The position numbers and the translations under genes are program-made. Positions 1-7,449 of a DNA stretch of 43,799 nt are shown piece after piece; position 1 is the first letter of the stretch; each line of letters starts with the position of its first letter. The DNA is taken from positions 1 through 43,799 of the IMG/VR virus record IMGVR_UViG_3300016476_000200; one strand, given 5' to 3'. This DNA is from a virus (lineage: Duplodnaviria; Caudoviricetes). The notes under the pieces are model-generated. The model was not told the DNA's origin, made no database searches, and saw only the letters and a list, made by a program, of their open reading frames with translations.

Positions 1-113
1 CGGGCTTCGTCCTCCCCGCAAGGTAGGCACGTACTGAATCCCGCCAAGACCCTGCGCGGATCGACTGGGGTGTACATTCCATGCATGACGCATGATCGGC
101 AAAAGTTAGTCAT
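1..113 (-). CDS. Partial (3'-truncated) small C4 zinc-finger protein, DksA/TraR-like Zn finger
   Basis: Not in the ORF track. ATG at 113 with GGAGG Shine-Dalgarno (119-123). It reads MTNFCRSCVMHGMYTPVDPRRVLAGFSTCLPCGEDEA..., a CxxC-x20-CxxC pattern, and runs off the window edge. Confidence 0.75.
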   Translation of the reverse strand, partial: MTNFCRSCVMHGMYTPVDPRRVLAGFSTCLPCGEDEA

Positions 114-124
114 CCAAGCCTCCT

Positions 125-141
125 TCCTGACGATGTCAGGA
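125..141. repeat. Palindrome box 1, TCCTGAC-GAT-GTCAGGA
   Basis: Perfect 7-bp arms; abuts the SD of the Zn-finger gene. Confidence 0.95.
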
Positions 142-249
142 CTATCGTTGATACAACTAAACACCCACGCGGTCTCGGGATTGCCAAGACCGCTAGGCTG
201 CTCACTCGCTCATCGCGGCTCACAACTTTGTAGGCAGATACTCGGAGTC

Positions 250-266
250 TCCTGACAATGTCAGGA
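250..266. repeat. Palindrome box 2, TCCTGAC-AAT-GTCAGGA
   Basis: Perfect arms, extending to 249-267. Confidence 0.95.
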
Positions 267-570
267 GTCACACTCCTACCGCTGCCGGACATACATTGCC
301 TGTCCGTACCGGCTGTGGATCGCGGGTCAAGATTCGTCAGGAATCACATAGCGGTTAGGCTTGTCAGTCAGTTATACAACTGATCCCCGTTGCCCTTATT
401 TTGCACCGCCCCGACAAATCGACTTGTCACCTAGGCGATCCTATGTGCAGTCTCGTACTGCACCACGACTCCGATTGATACTCGAAGCACCGCTGTTTGC
501 CAGACAGCGTCACGGCTTTGCCACCGCGCCTTCACCTACTATCGGCTTACGACTTGTAGGATCGTTGTTG

Positions 571-587
571 TCCTGACGGTGTCAGGA
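571..587. repeat. Palindrome box 3, TCCTGAC-GGT-GTCAGGA
   Basis: Perfect arms; about 40 nt downstream of the predicted start of the promoter at 633-661. Confidence 0.95.
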
Positions 588-632
588 CTAGCGGGAGGGG
601 TCGTCTCCAACCGAATTCCCACTATAGACTAT

Positions 633-661
633 ATTATAACAAATGTAGCCTTATAAGTCAA
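633..661 (-). promoter_or_regulatory. Strong sigma70-type early promoter
   Basis: Minus strand: TTGACT (661-656), 17 bp, TATAAT (638-633). Confidence 0.85.
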
Positions 662-719
662 GTAATAAGCAAATTATTTTGCTTGGTGCGGATGTGGTGC
701 AGGTGTGGTTTATACGTTG

Positions 720-736
720 TCCTGACAATATCAGGA
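720..736. repeat. Palindrome box 4, TCCTGAC-AAT-ATCAGGA (one mismatch)
   Basis: One mismatch to the consensus; upstream of the promoter and at the left edge of the origin-like block. Confidence 0.9.
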
Positions 737-765
737 AATGCGCGGTTTTTCGGCAGCGTACACGC

Positions 766-1177
766 TAAGTTATTGATTAGGTTGGGGAAAAATGGAAAGT
801 TGTAATATCTTGTACGCTTTGTACGCAAAATGAAAGTTGCAATAAGGTACAAGATAATGCAAGTTTTGGGAAATGTGGCGTGTGCTAAGTTATTGATTTT
901 ATTATTATTTATTTATAAGAAGAAGAAGAAGAATAGAGAAAAAAATGGATTTGTACGCTTGTACGCTGTTTTTTGAGAGAGGACGGCCGGTAAAAAATTT
1001 TCCAAGTTTTTGAAAAAATTTTGCACTTGCCGAAGAAGACAAACTGGCTCCTCCGTCCCCTAGGTGCGAACAAGCGTACAAGCGTACAAATCGACCCTTT
1101 TCCCTTTAGAATCAAAGGCTTGGCGTGTTCCCGTCAACTTAAGTGTGAGTACAAGCCAAAAATGTAAGTCATTGATT
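766..1177. promoter_or_regulatory. Four IHF-consensus sites (WATCAANNNNTTR)
   Basis: 766-778 and 886-898 (reverse complement AATCAATAACTTA), 1110-1122 (AATCAAAGGCTTG), 1165-1177 (reverse complement AATCAATGACTTA). All four match the consensus exactly. Confidence 0.75.
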
Positions 1178-1231
1178 TTTAAGGAAACGCGAAAAATTTT
1201 GTACGCTATTGCAACTTTCAAATTACAACTT
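766..1231. other. Putative replication origin (or packaging/terminus control) region
   Basis: AT-rich and non-coding. Perfect 20-bp inverted repeat at 948-967 / 1073-1092 (GATTTGTACGCTTGTACGCT); outer imperfect inverted repeat at about 797-852 / 1199-1231; multiple TGTACGC iterons; AT tract and (GAA)n run at about 895-946. Confidence 0.6.
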
Positions 1232-1238
1232 AGCCCAA

Positions 1239-1435
1239 GGGCTAGGGCTAGAAAACTGGTATCGCGTCATTTAAACAATCCAAATCTGATCCTGACACCG
1301 TCAGGACACGAGACAAAGTAAGCATGGGCTGTAACTTGTACATGGGCTAGGGCTAAGGCTTTGGGCTTGGGCTTAGGCTTGGCCTAGCAAGAACTGGTCT
1401 CATCCTATAGAACTGGTATCCGTGGAACTGGCTTC
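1239..1435. repeat. Degenerate GGGCT(A/T) hexamer repeats and AACTGGYNTC repeats
   Basis: GGGCTAGGGCTAG at 1239-1251; GGGCTAGGGCTAAGGCTTTGGGCTTGGGCTTAGGCTT at 1344-1380; AACTGGTATC, AACTGGTCTC or AACTGGCTTC at 1254, 1392, 1411 and 1426. Confidence 0.8.
1290..1306. repeat. Palindrome box 5, TCCTGAC-ACC-GTCAGGA
   Basis: Perfect arms; at the right edge of the origin-like block. Confidence 0.95.
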
Positions 1436-1450
1436 GCGGAGCGCAGACGC

Positions 1451-1485
1451 AAAAAAGCCCCGCCAAGCATGAGCCTGACGGGGCT
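1451..1485 (-). terminator. Rho-independent terminator of the 275-aa/micropeptide operon
   Basis: Minus strand AGCCCCGTCAGGC-TCAT-GCTTGGCGGGGC followed by TTTTTT. Confidence 0.85.
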
Positions 1486-1489
1486 GTGG

Positions 1490-1528
1490 TTAGAACGGGA
1501 ATTCCAACTGTTCGGGATCAGCGCGCAT
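1490..1528 (-). CDS. 12-aa micropeptide MRADPEQLEFPF with a beta-clamp-binding-like motif
   Basis: Strong SD GGAGGT (1538-1533), ATG at 1528, TAA at 1492-1490, immediately followed by the terminator. Below the ORF-track cutoff. Confidence 0.65.
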   Translation of the reverse strand: MRADPEQLEFPF

Positions 1529-1555
1529 AGCGACCTCCGTTGATGTTATAGATGA

Positions 1556-1575
1556 GGGGCGGCTCGCGCCGCCCC
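1556..1575 (-). other. GC-rich GNRA-tetraloop hairpin between the 275-aa gene and the micropeptide
   Basis: GGGGCGGC-GCGA-GCCGCCCC on the minus strand with no U-tract; possible stabilising or processing stem. Confidence 0.6.
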
Positions 1576-1580
1576 CGTAG

Positions 1581-1597
1581 TCCTGACAATGTCAGGA
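1581..1597. repeat. Palindrome box 6, TCCTGAC-AAT-GTCAGGA
   Basis: Perfect arms; contains the TGA stop of the 275-aa gene. Confidence 0.95.
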
Positions 1598-2419
1598 ACC
1601 CGCCCGATCAGCCGCCGCGATGATCTCGTCAGCCAGAGCAGGATCGAACGCCGCTTCCAACATGATGGAGCAGAGCGCCGACCATTGATCCTCGGACACG
1701 ACTGAATCAGCGCCGTTTTCCTTGGCGTACCGCGCTCGCTTCTTGGTTCCCGCCTTGTGCAGACCGTTCAGCAGATCGGCGAAATCCTGTTTCGCACCAC
1801 CCGCGCGACCCGTCGCGTCAGTCTTCCAACCACGCGAGAGCGCCTGATCGACGTCATTCTTGATCCAATCGCGCATGCCCTGACCTTTGCCATCCGGACG
1901 GCAACCAGCCATAGTGCCGCGCATCCAAGCCTTGACACCGTTCGGCTTTTCAGCGACCGACGCAAGAGCCTTGAGATCGACGCCGAGCGCGAAGGCCGCC
2001 GTGAAAATGTGGTTCGCAGCCGGAGCATCCTTGATCGGAACCCACTTCCGCTGCAGCGACGACCACATACGCACCGGCAGGAAATTGTCGTCATTCCCGA
2101 CTTGGTGCACCTCGACCGAATAGTGCTCGCGAGTCTTGGCCGACTCGGTAGCCTTGGCATGCAGCACCGCATGCAGAGCCTTACCAACCTCGGACTCCCG
2201 ATCGAACACCTCGACCCCGTCGCGCTTGATCACCGGCACACCCGCCGCGAGGCACAAATCAGCAAACGCCGCGCGGAATGACTCGGTATCGTTCGCCGTC
2301 GAAATCTGAACGTCGATGGCCTGAACCGCGACCGCTTGCGCCTTGGCAAGAACTTCGCCCGCGAGAGCAGGATTGACCGACTTGGAAACAGCGACAGCGA
2401 CCTTGTTTGACTTTGCCAT
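1592..2419 (-). CDS. Early hypothetical protein (275 aa)
   Basis: Long Ala-rich ORF with GGAG SD, its own promoter and a downstream terminator. No family recognised. Confidence 0.85.
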   Translation of the reverse strand: MAKSNKVAVAVSKSVNPALAGEVLAKAQAVAVQAIDVQISTANDTESFRAAFADLCLAAGVPVIKRDGVEVFDRESEVGKALHAVLHAKATESAKTREHYSVEVHQVGNDDNFLPVRMWSSLQRKWVPIKDAPAANHIFTAAFALGVDLKALASVAEKPNGVKAWMRGTMAGCRPDGKGQGMRDWIKNDVDQALSRGWKTDATGRAGGAKQDFADLLNGLHKAGTKKRARYAKENGADSVVSEDQWSALCSIMLEAAFDPALADEIIAAADRAGS

Positions 2420-2447
2420 GATATGTATATCTCCACAGATGATGTAT

Positions 2448-2464
2448 TCCTGACATTGTCAGGA
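2448..2464. repeat. Palindrome box 7, TCCTGAC-ATT-GTCAGGA
   Basis: Perfect arms; between the promoter and the SD of the 275-aa gene. Confidence 0.95.
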
Positions 2465-2493
2465 GTCAGCGAGAACACCCCGCCGACGATTCT

Positions 2494-2522
2494 ATTATAC
2501 CACTTCTCTGGTACAATGTCCA
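2494..2522 (-). promoter_or_regulatory. Sigma70-type early promoter with extended -10
   Basis: Minus strand: TGGACA (2522-2517), 17 bp, TATAAT (2499-2494) preceded by TGG. Confidence 0.8.
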
Positions 2523-2836
2523 GTCAACGGCAGGCAATCGCAGCGGATTTTTGGGCGCGAATCGCAAGCCCATTACGTCGTCTAGGGTTTAGCAAAATCA
2601 AACTCAAGCCCACACAATGTGCAAATCGTTGGTGTCGTCACCCCACCGTACTGCCACCCTCCGCGCTGCGTTTACCTCCTGCGTAGCAGCGTTAAACACT
2701 CGAACTCTCACAAATCCCCACTACATTTCCAAAACTGGGCTGAACAAACCCCACCCCCTGTATATAAAAACACCCCCCGTCACTCGTTTGGTACCATGCT
2801 GTTTTTTTATATATTTATTTTGTACTATCCACGTCC

Positions 2837-3403
2837 ATGACTGACACGGTGCTTGTTCCAGAGATTGACGAGAACATCCCGCTGCCCGCTAACGCGGCCG
2901 AAGCCTTGCCCGAGTTGTCTGCCGAGGCTGAGATCCAGATGCGTGCCCGCACAATTAAGTTGATCTCGGATCTAACAGGTACACCCCTCATCCCGACTGA
3001 GCAGGACAAGGACGAAGCCGAGAAATTGGCCCGTCAAATGATCGAAGATCCCAAGAAGCGGATCGAATTCAGTAAGTATCCGAATGAAACGATGGCGTGG
3101 CTGGCTGGAATGGTGCAGCAAAGCACGTGTTCGCTCGTAGATGACCTTGCTCAATACAAAGATTACGTGATCAACAAGCTCGTTAATGAGATCGAAACGA
3201 CCTCCGACGCCAAAATTCGCGTGCAAGCCCTGACAAAGCTAGGCGAAGTGGACGGCGTAGACGCATTTAAGAAGCGTAGCGAAGTCACACACATCATTAA
3301 GCCCATCGAAGAGATCGAAAAGGAGCTTATTCAGGTCATTAACGTGCTGGAAAACGTCGAATACAAGGTTATAGAAGGCGAAAATGCAGCAGATAACGCC
3401 TGA
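2837..3403 (+). CDS. Probable terminase small subunit
   Basis: 188-aa helical protein overlapping the start of terL; assignment mainly positional. Confidence 0.6.
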   Translation: MTDTVLVPEIDENIPLPANAAEALPELSAEAEIQMRARTIKLISDLTGTPLIPTEQDKDEAEKLARQMIEDPKKRIEFSKYPNETMAWLAGMVQQSTCSLVDDLAQYKDYVINKLVNEIETTSDAKIRVQALTKLGEVDGVDAFKKRSEVTHIIKPIEEIEKELIQVINVLENVEYKVIEGENAADNA

Positions 3404-4895
3404 ATCGCTGCAAAAATTGAAGTTGGCGCTGCCAAACATGCCGGATAAAGACAAACGGCGGGTGGCGGAGCTACTAAAACAGTATCAAACTCAGATAACG
3501 CAGAAATTAGGTAAGGATTCCTTCTTAGATTTCATCAATCACGTGTATCCCGGCTACAAAGTCGGACCTCACCACCGCAAATTAGCCCGTATTTTCGAGG
3601 AGATTGCGGCAGGCAAGAAGAAACGGGTGATTGTTAACATTGCGCCGCGACATGGTAAATCTGAGATGATTTCTTACCTCGCTCCGGCGTGGTTTCTCGG
3701 GAAATACCCGCATAAAAAGGTCATCATGGCCTCGCACACTGCGGATCTGGCCGTGAACTTTGGTCGAAGAGTTAGGAATCTGGTTGGGAGTGACCTGTAC
3801 CGTGACATTTTCCCTAATGTCGAGCTTCAAGCAGATTCAAAAAGTGCTAGTCGGTGGGGCACTAATTTTAACGGCGAGTATTTTGCTATCGGTGTTGGCG
3901 GTGCTCTCGCTGGTCGAGGCGCTGATTTGTTCATTATTGATGATCCCCACTCGGAACAGGAAGCTAAACAAGGCCGCGCAGACGTTTTTGAACCGGCTTG
4001 GGAGTGGTTCCAGTCAGGCCCAGTCCAACGATTGATGCCGGGCGGCGCGATCATCGTAGTGATGACGCGCTGGAGTAAGCAGGATCTGACCGGCAAGATC
4101 GTGGATCACATGACCCGCGAGGAAGAGGCAGATCAGTGGGAAGTGGTCGAGTTTCCCGCCATCTTGAACGAGAAACCCCTCTGGCCTGAGTTCTGGGACA
4201 TCAACGAGTTGCTGGCTAAAAAAGCCAGTATGGATGTGCGGTATTGGCAAGCCCAATACATGCAACAGCCCACGTCCGAGGAAGGCGCGTTAATTAAACG
4301 CGAGTGGTGGCAGACATGGGAGGCTGAGAACCCTCCGCCATGTGAACACATCATTATGTCGCTCGACACCGCGCAAGAGAAATCCAACCGGTCGGACTAC
4401 AACGCTCTGCTCACGTGGGGTGTCTTCTTTAATGAAGAGGTCAAGAACTACAACATTATTTTGCTCAACAGTATCCGCGAGCGATTGGAGTTTCCGGAGC
4501 TAAAAGAGCTTGTTCTTGAGCAGTACAAAGAGTGGAACCCGGACACCTTTATTGTTGAAAAGAAGTCCAACGGCGCGGCGCTTTATCAAGAGATGCGGCG
4601 CATGGGTGTGCCCATCAGTGAGTTCACGCCGGGTAAAGGGCAGGACAAGATATCGCGTGTAAATGCAGTATCCGATCTCTTCTCTTCCGGTATAGTCTGG
4701 GTGCCTGATCGACGTTGGGCTTGGGAAGTCGTGGAGGAATGCAATGATTTCCCATCCGGCACCCATGATGACTTGGTGGACGCCACCACCCTAGCCCTCC
4801 TCCGATTCAGGCAAGGCGGGTTCATTAGGCTCCCATCCGACGAGCCAGAACCAACTAAGTGGTTTAAGAGCCACAGACGCGAAGGCTATTACTAG
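3384..4895 (+). CDS. terL: Terminase large subunit
   Basis: Walker A APRHGKS, Walker B IIDDPH, coupling motif MTRW, C-terminal RNase H-like nuclease (SLDTA ... HDDLVDA). Confidence 0.95.
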   Translation: MQQITPESLQKLKLALPNMPDKDKRRVAELLKQYQTQITQKLGKDSFLDFINHVYPGYKVGPHHRKLARIFEEIAAGKKKRVIVNIAPRHGKSEMISYLAPAWFLGKYPHKKVIMASHTADLAVNFGRRVRNLVGSDLYRDIFPNVELQADSKSASRWGTNFNGEYFAIGVGGALAGRGADLFIIDDPHSEQEAKQGRADVFEPAWEWFQSGPVQRLMPGGAIIVVMTRWSKQDLTGKIVDHMTREEEADQWEVVEFPAILNEKPLWPEFWDINELLAKKASMDVRYWQAQYMQQPTSEEGALIKREWWQTWEAENPPPCEHIIMSLDTAQEKSNRSDYNALLTWGVFFNEEVKNYNIILLNSIRERLEFPELKELVLEQYKEWNPDTFIVEKKSNGAALYQEMRRMGVPISEFTPGKGQDKISRVNAVSDLFSSGIVWVPDRRWAWEVVEECNDFPSGTHDDLVDATTLALLRFRQGGFIRLPSDEPEPTKWFKSHRREGYY

Positions 4896-4905
4896 GAGAA
4901 TTTAG

Positions 4906-7446
4906 ATGGCCGTCGATAAAAGTTTGATGCAGGCCCCTCTGGGTTTGGAAGCTCTCGCGGAGGAAGAACCCGCGATTGAGATCATGGTTGAAGACCCGGA
5001 GAGCATGGCTATCGGTATTGATGGCATGGTCATCGAGATGGTTAAAGATGAGCCTCGCGCTGAGGACTTCAACGCCAATCTTGCCGACTTCATGGGCGAG
5101 AACGAGTTGCAGAGTCTTGCCTCGGAACTCATTGGAAGCTACGAGCAAGATCTCTCAAGCCGCAAAGACTGGCTGGATACCTACGTTAAAGGTCTAAAGA
5201 TTCTGGGCATTCGGTATGAGGATCGCACCGAACCGTGGCCGGGTGCGTGTGGTGTGTTCCACCCGCTCTTGATGGAGAGTGCGGTCAAGTTCCAGTCTGA
5301 GACCATCATGGAGACTTTCCCCGCGATGGGGCCGGTCAAGGCCAAGATCATTGGCAAGGAGACTCCGGAGAAGCGTGACTCTGCGGTTCGTGTCGCTGAT
5401 GACATGAATTACCAACTGACCGAGGTGATGAAGGAGTACCGCCCGGAGCACGAGCGTCTGCTTCTCTCGTTGGCGCTTGCAGGTAACGCCTTTAAGAAGG
5501 TGTACTTCGACCCGTCCTTGGGTCGGCAGATTGCGGTCTACATTCCAGCCGAAGACATCATCGTGCCATACGGCGCGGCGAATCTGGACACGGCAGAGCG
5601 TGTTACGCACCGGATGCGTAAGACGAAGAACGAGGTTAAGAAGCTTCAGTACGCAGGGTTCTACCGAGACGTGGATCTTGGTGAGCCGATGCGAGTGATG
5701 GACGAGGTTGAGAAACAGAAGGCTGAAGATCAGGGCTTCTCGGCAAGCATGGACGACCGGTTCCAGTTGCTAGAGATGCACGTCAATATTGATTTGCCGG
5801 GCTATCCCGACGTTGATAAAGATAACAACGAGACCGGGATTGCACTCCCTTATGTCGTAACAATTGAGAAGGGGACGGGGACGATTCTTGCGATTCGCAG
5901 GAACTGGAGAGAAGACGATGAACTTAAAGAAAAGCGACAGCACTTTGTCCATTACGGATATATCCCCGGATTTGGATTTTACTACTTCGGCCTTATTCAC
6001 CTTATCGGGGGACATAGTAAAGCTGCAACGTCCCTCCTTCGACAACTTGTCGATGCAGGAACTCTCTCAAATCTCCCCGGAGGACTTAAGTCTAGAGGAC
6101 TACGAATTAAGGGAGACGATACTCCGATTGCACCGGGAGAGTTCCGAGACGTAGATATCCCAAGCGGCGCTATCCGCGACAACATCCTCCCGCTTCCGTA
6201 CAAGGAGCCAAGTCAAACGCTGTCTGCGTTGATGGATCGCATCGTCGAAGAAGGTCGCCGCTTTGCTGCGGTGTCTGACCTCAAGATCTCGGACATGTCC
6301 TCGCAGGCTCCGGTCGGTACAACGCTTGCCGTGTTGGAGCGCGTGCTGAAGGTCATGACGGCGGTGCAGGCTCGCGTGTACTACGCGATGAAGCAGGAGT
6401 TCAAACTCCTTGCCGCGATCATTCGTGATAACACGCCAGAAGAGTATTCGTACGAGCCGGAAATCGGTGATCGCAAAGCGAAAAAGGCTGACTACGATGA
6501 TGTCGATGTCATCCCGGTCAGTGATCCCAATGCGTCAACGATGTCGCAGAAGGTTGTGCAGTACCAAGCGGTTCTCCAACTTAGCCAGACCGCACCGCAA
6601 CTCTACGACTTGCCATACCTGCATCGTCAGATGATTGAGACGTTGGGCGTTAAGAATGCGGATCGGATTGTGCCGTTGCCGCAAGACGCCAAGCCGCGAG
6701 ATCCCATCACTGAGAACATGGATGTGATGACGGGCAAACCTGTCAAAGCCTTCATGTATCAGGATCACGAAGCGCACATCGCTGTTCACATGGCGCTGGG
6801 ACAAGATCCGAAGATTGCCCAGCAGATTGGTCAGAACCCGATGGCGCAGCAGATTACGGCTGCACTTCAGGCACACATCATGGAGCACACGGCGTTCCAG
6901 TATCGCCGCGAGATCGAGAAACAGCTTGGCGCGGCGCTCCCGCCCTTGCCGCAAGACGACCGAGAAGAGTACGACCTGCCGCCTGAGTTTGAGGCGCAGT
7001 TGTCGCAGTTGGTAGCAGCCGCCGCTGCACGAGTTCTTCAGAAGGATCAGGCCGAAGCACAGATGCAGCAGGCCGCACAGCAGCAACAAGACCCGCTTGT
7101 GCAGATGCAGATGATGGACTTGCAGATCAAGCAGCTTCAGGCGCAGACCAAGGCGCAGCAGTTGCAAATGGAAGCCCAGATCCAACAGGCCGAAGTACAG
7201 CGCAAACAGCAGAAAGATGTGTTGGATGCCGCTGCCAAAGCCGACGAGTTGGAGCTTCGCAAGGCAGAAATTTCTGGTCGTCAGCAGCTTGAGGCAGCGC
7301 GTCTCGGCGTGGACATCCAGAAGGACAAGGCTGCGTTGTCTGCCAAACAGCAGATCGAAGGAGTACGTCTCGGCCTAGAAATAGGCAAGGCGCGGGATGA
7401 ATCAGACATGAGGAAACAGGCTACACCGCCTGCATCTGAGGAGTAA
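4906..7446 (+). CDS. Portal protein (P22-like, long Q-rich coiled-coil barrel)
   Basis: 846 aa directly after terL; portal-like N-terminal region and long Q/A-rich helical C-terminus. Confidence 0.85.
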   Translation: MAVDKSLMQAPLGLEALAEEEPAIEIMVEDPESMAIGIDGMVIEMVKDEPRAEDFNANLADFMGENELQSLASELIGSYEQDLSSRKDWLDTYVKGLKILGIRYEDRTEPWPGACGVFHPLLMESAVKFQSETIMETFPAMGPVKAKIIGKETPEKRDSAVRVADDMNYQLTEVMKEYRPEHERLLLSLALAGNAFKKVYFDPSLGRQIAVYIPAEDIIVPYGAANLDTAERVTHRMRKTKNEVKKLQYAGFYRDVDLGEPMRVMDEVEKQKAEDQGFSASMDDRFQLLEMHVNIDLPGYPDVDKDNNETGIALPYVVTIEKGTGTILAIRRNWREDDELKEKRQHFVHYGYIPGFGFYYFGLIHLIGGHSKAATSLLRQLVDAGTLSNLPGGLKSRGLRIKGDDTPIAPGEFRDVDIPSGAIRDNILPLPYKEPSQTLSALMDRIVEEGRRFAAVSDLKISDMSSQAPVGTTLAVLERVLKVMTAVQARVYYAMKQEFKLLAAIIRDNTPEEYSYEPEIGDRKAKKADYDDVDVIPVSDPNASTMSQKVVQYQAVLQLSQTAPQLYDLPYLHRQMIETLGVKNADRIVPLPQDAKPRDPITENMDVMTGKPVKAFMYQDHEAHIAVHMALGQDPKIAQQIGQNPMAQQITAALQAHIMEHTAFQYRREIEKQLGAALPPLPQDDREEYDLPPEFEAQLSQLVAAAAARVLQKDQAEAQMQQAAQQQQDPLVQMQMMDLQIKQLQAQTKAQQLQMEAQIQQAEVQRKQQKDVLDAAAKADELELRKAEISGRQQLEAARLGVDIQKDKAALSAKQQIEGVRLGLEIGKARDESDMRKQATPPASEE

Positions 7447-7449
7447 TAA

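Larger units (their letters stand above)
114..626 (-). ncRNA. Putative ~500-nt structured leader / non-coding RNA
   Basis: Lies between the promoter at 633-661 and the SD of the Zn-finger gene and has no convincing ORF. At least ten stacked hairpins; several stems pair only through G-U on the minus strand, and GGCAA loops recur. Confidence 0.55.

Noticed and set aside
195-225. Group II intron domain V-like sequence (GAGCCG...) in the leader RNA
   Set aside because: The domain V stem cannot be completed, and there is no domain VI or maturase.
110-292. 60-aa minus-strand ORF coupled by ATGA to the Zn-finger gene
   Set aside because: No SD, S/R/V-rich non-protein-like composition, and it crosses two palindromes and several hairpins. 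Not formally excluded.
658-1321. ORF-track ORFs in the origin-like region
   Set aside because: They translate repeats and AT tracts and have no ribosome-binding sites.
1239-1371. KOPS (GGGNAGGG) sites matching the FtsK-gamma-like domain
   Set aside because: The repeats are GGGCTAGGG, one base longer than KOPS, so they do not match.
1757-2281. 174-aa plus-strand and 139-aa minus-strand ORFs overlapping the 275-aa gene
   Set aside because: Shadow frames caused by GC-rich codon bias; no SD or promoter support.
125-2464. Palindrome boxes as a CRISPR array or integron attC array
   Set aside because: Spacing is irregular (125 to 867 bp), repeats are only 17 bp, there are no GTTRRRY core sites framing them, and no cas or integrase gene is in the window.
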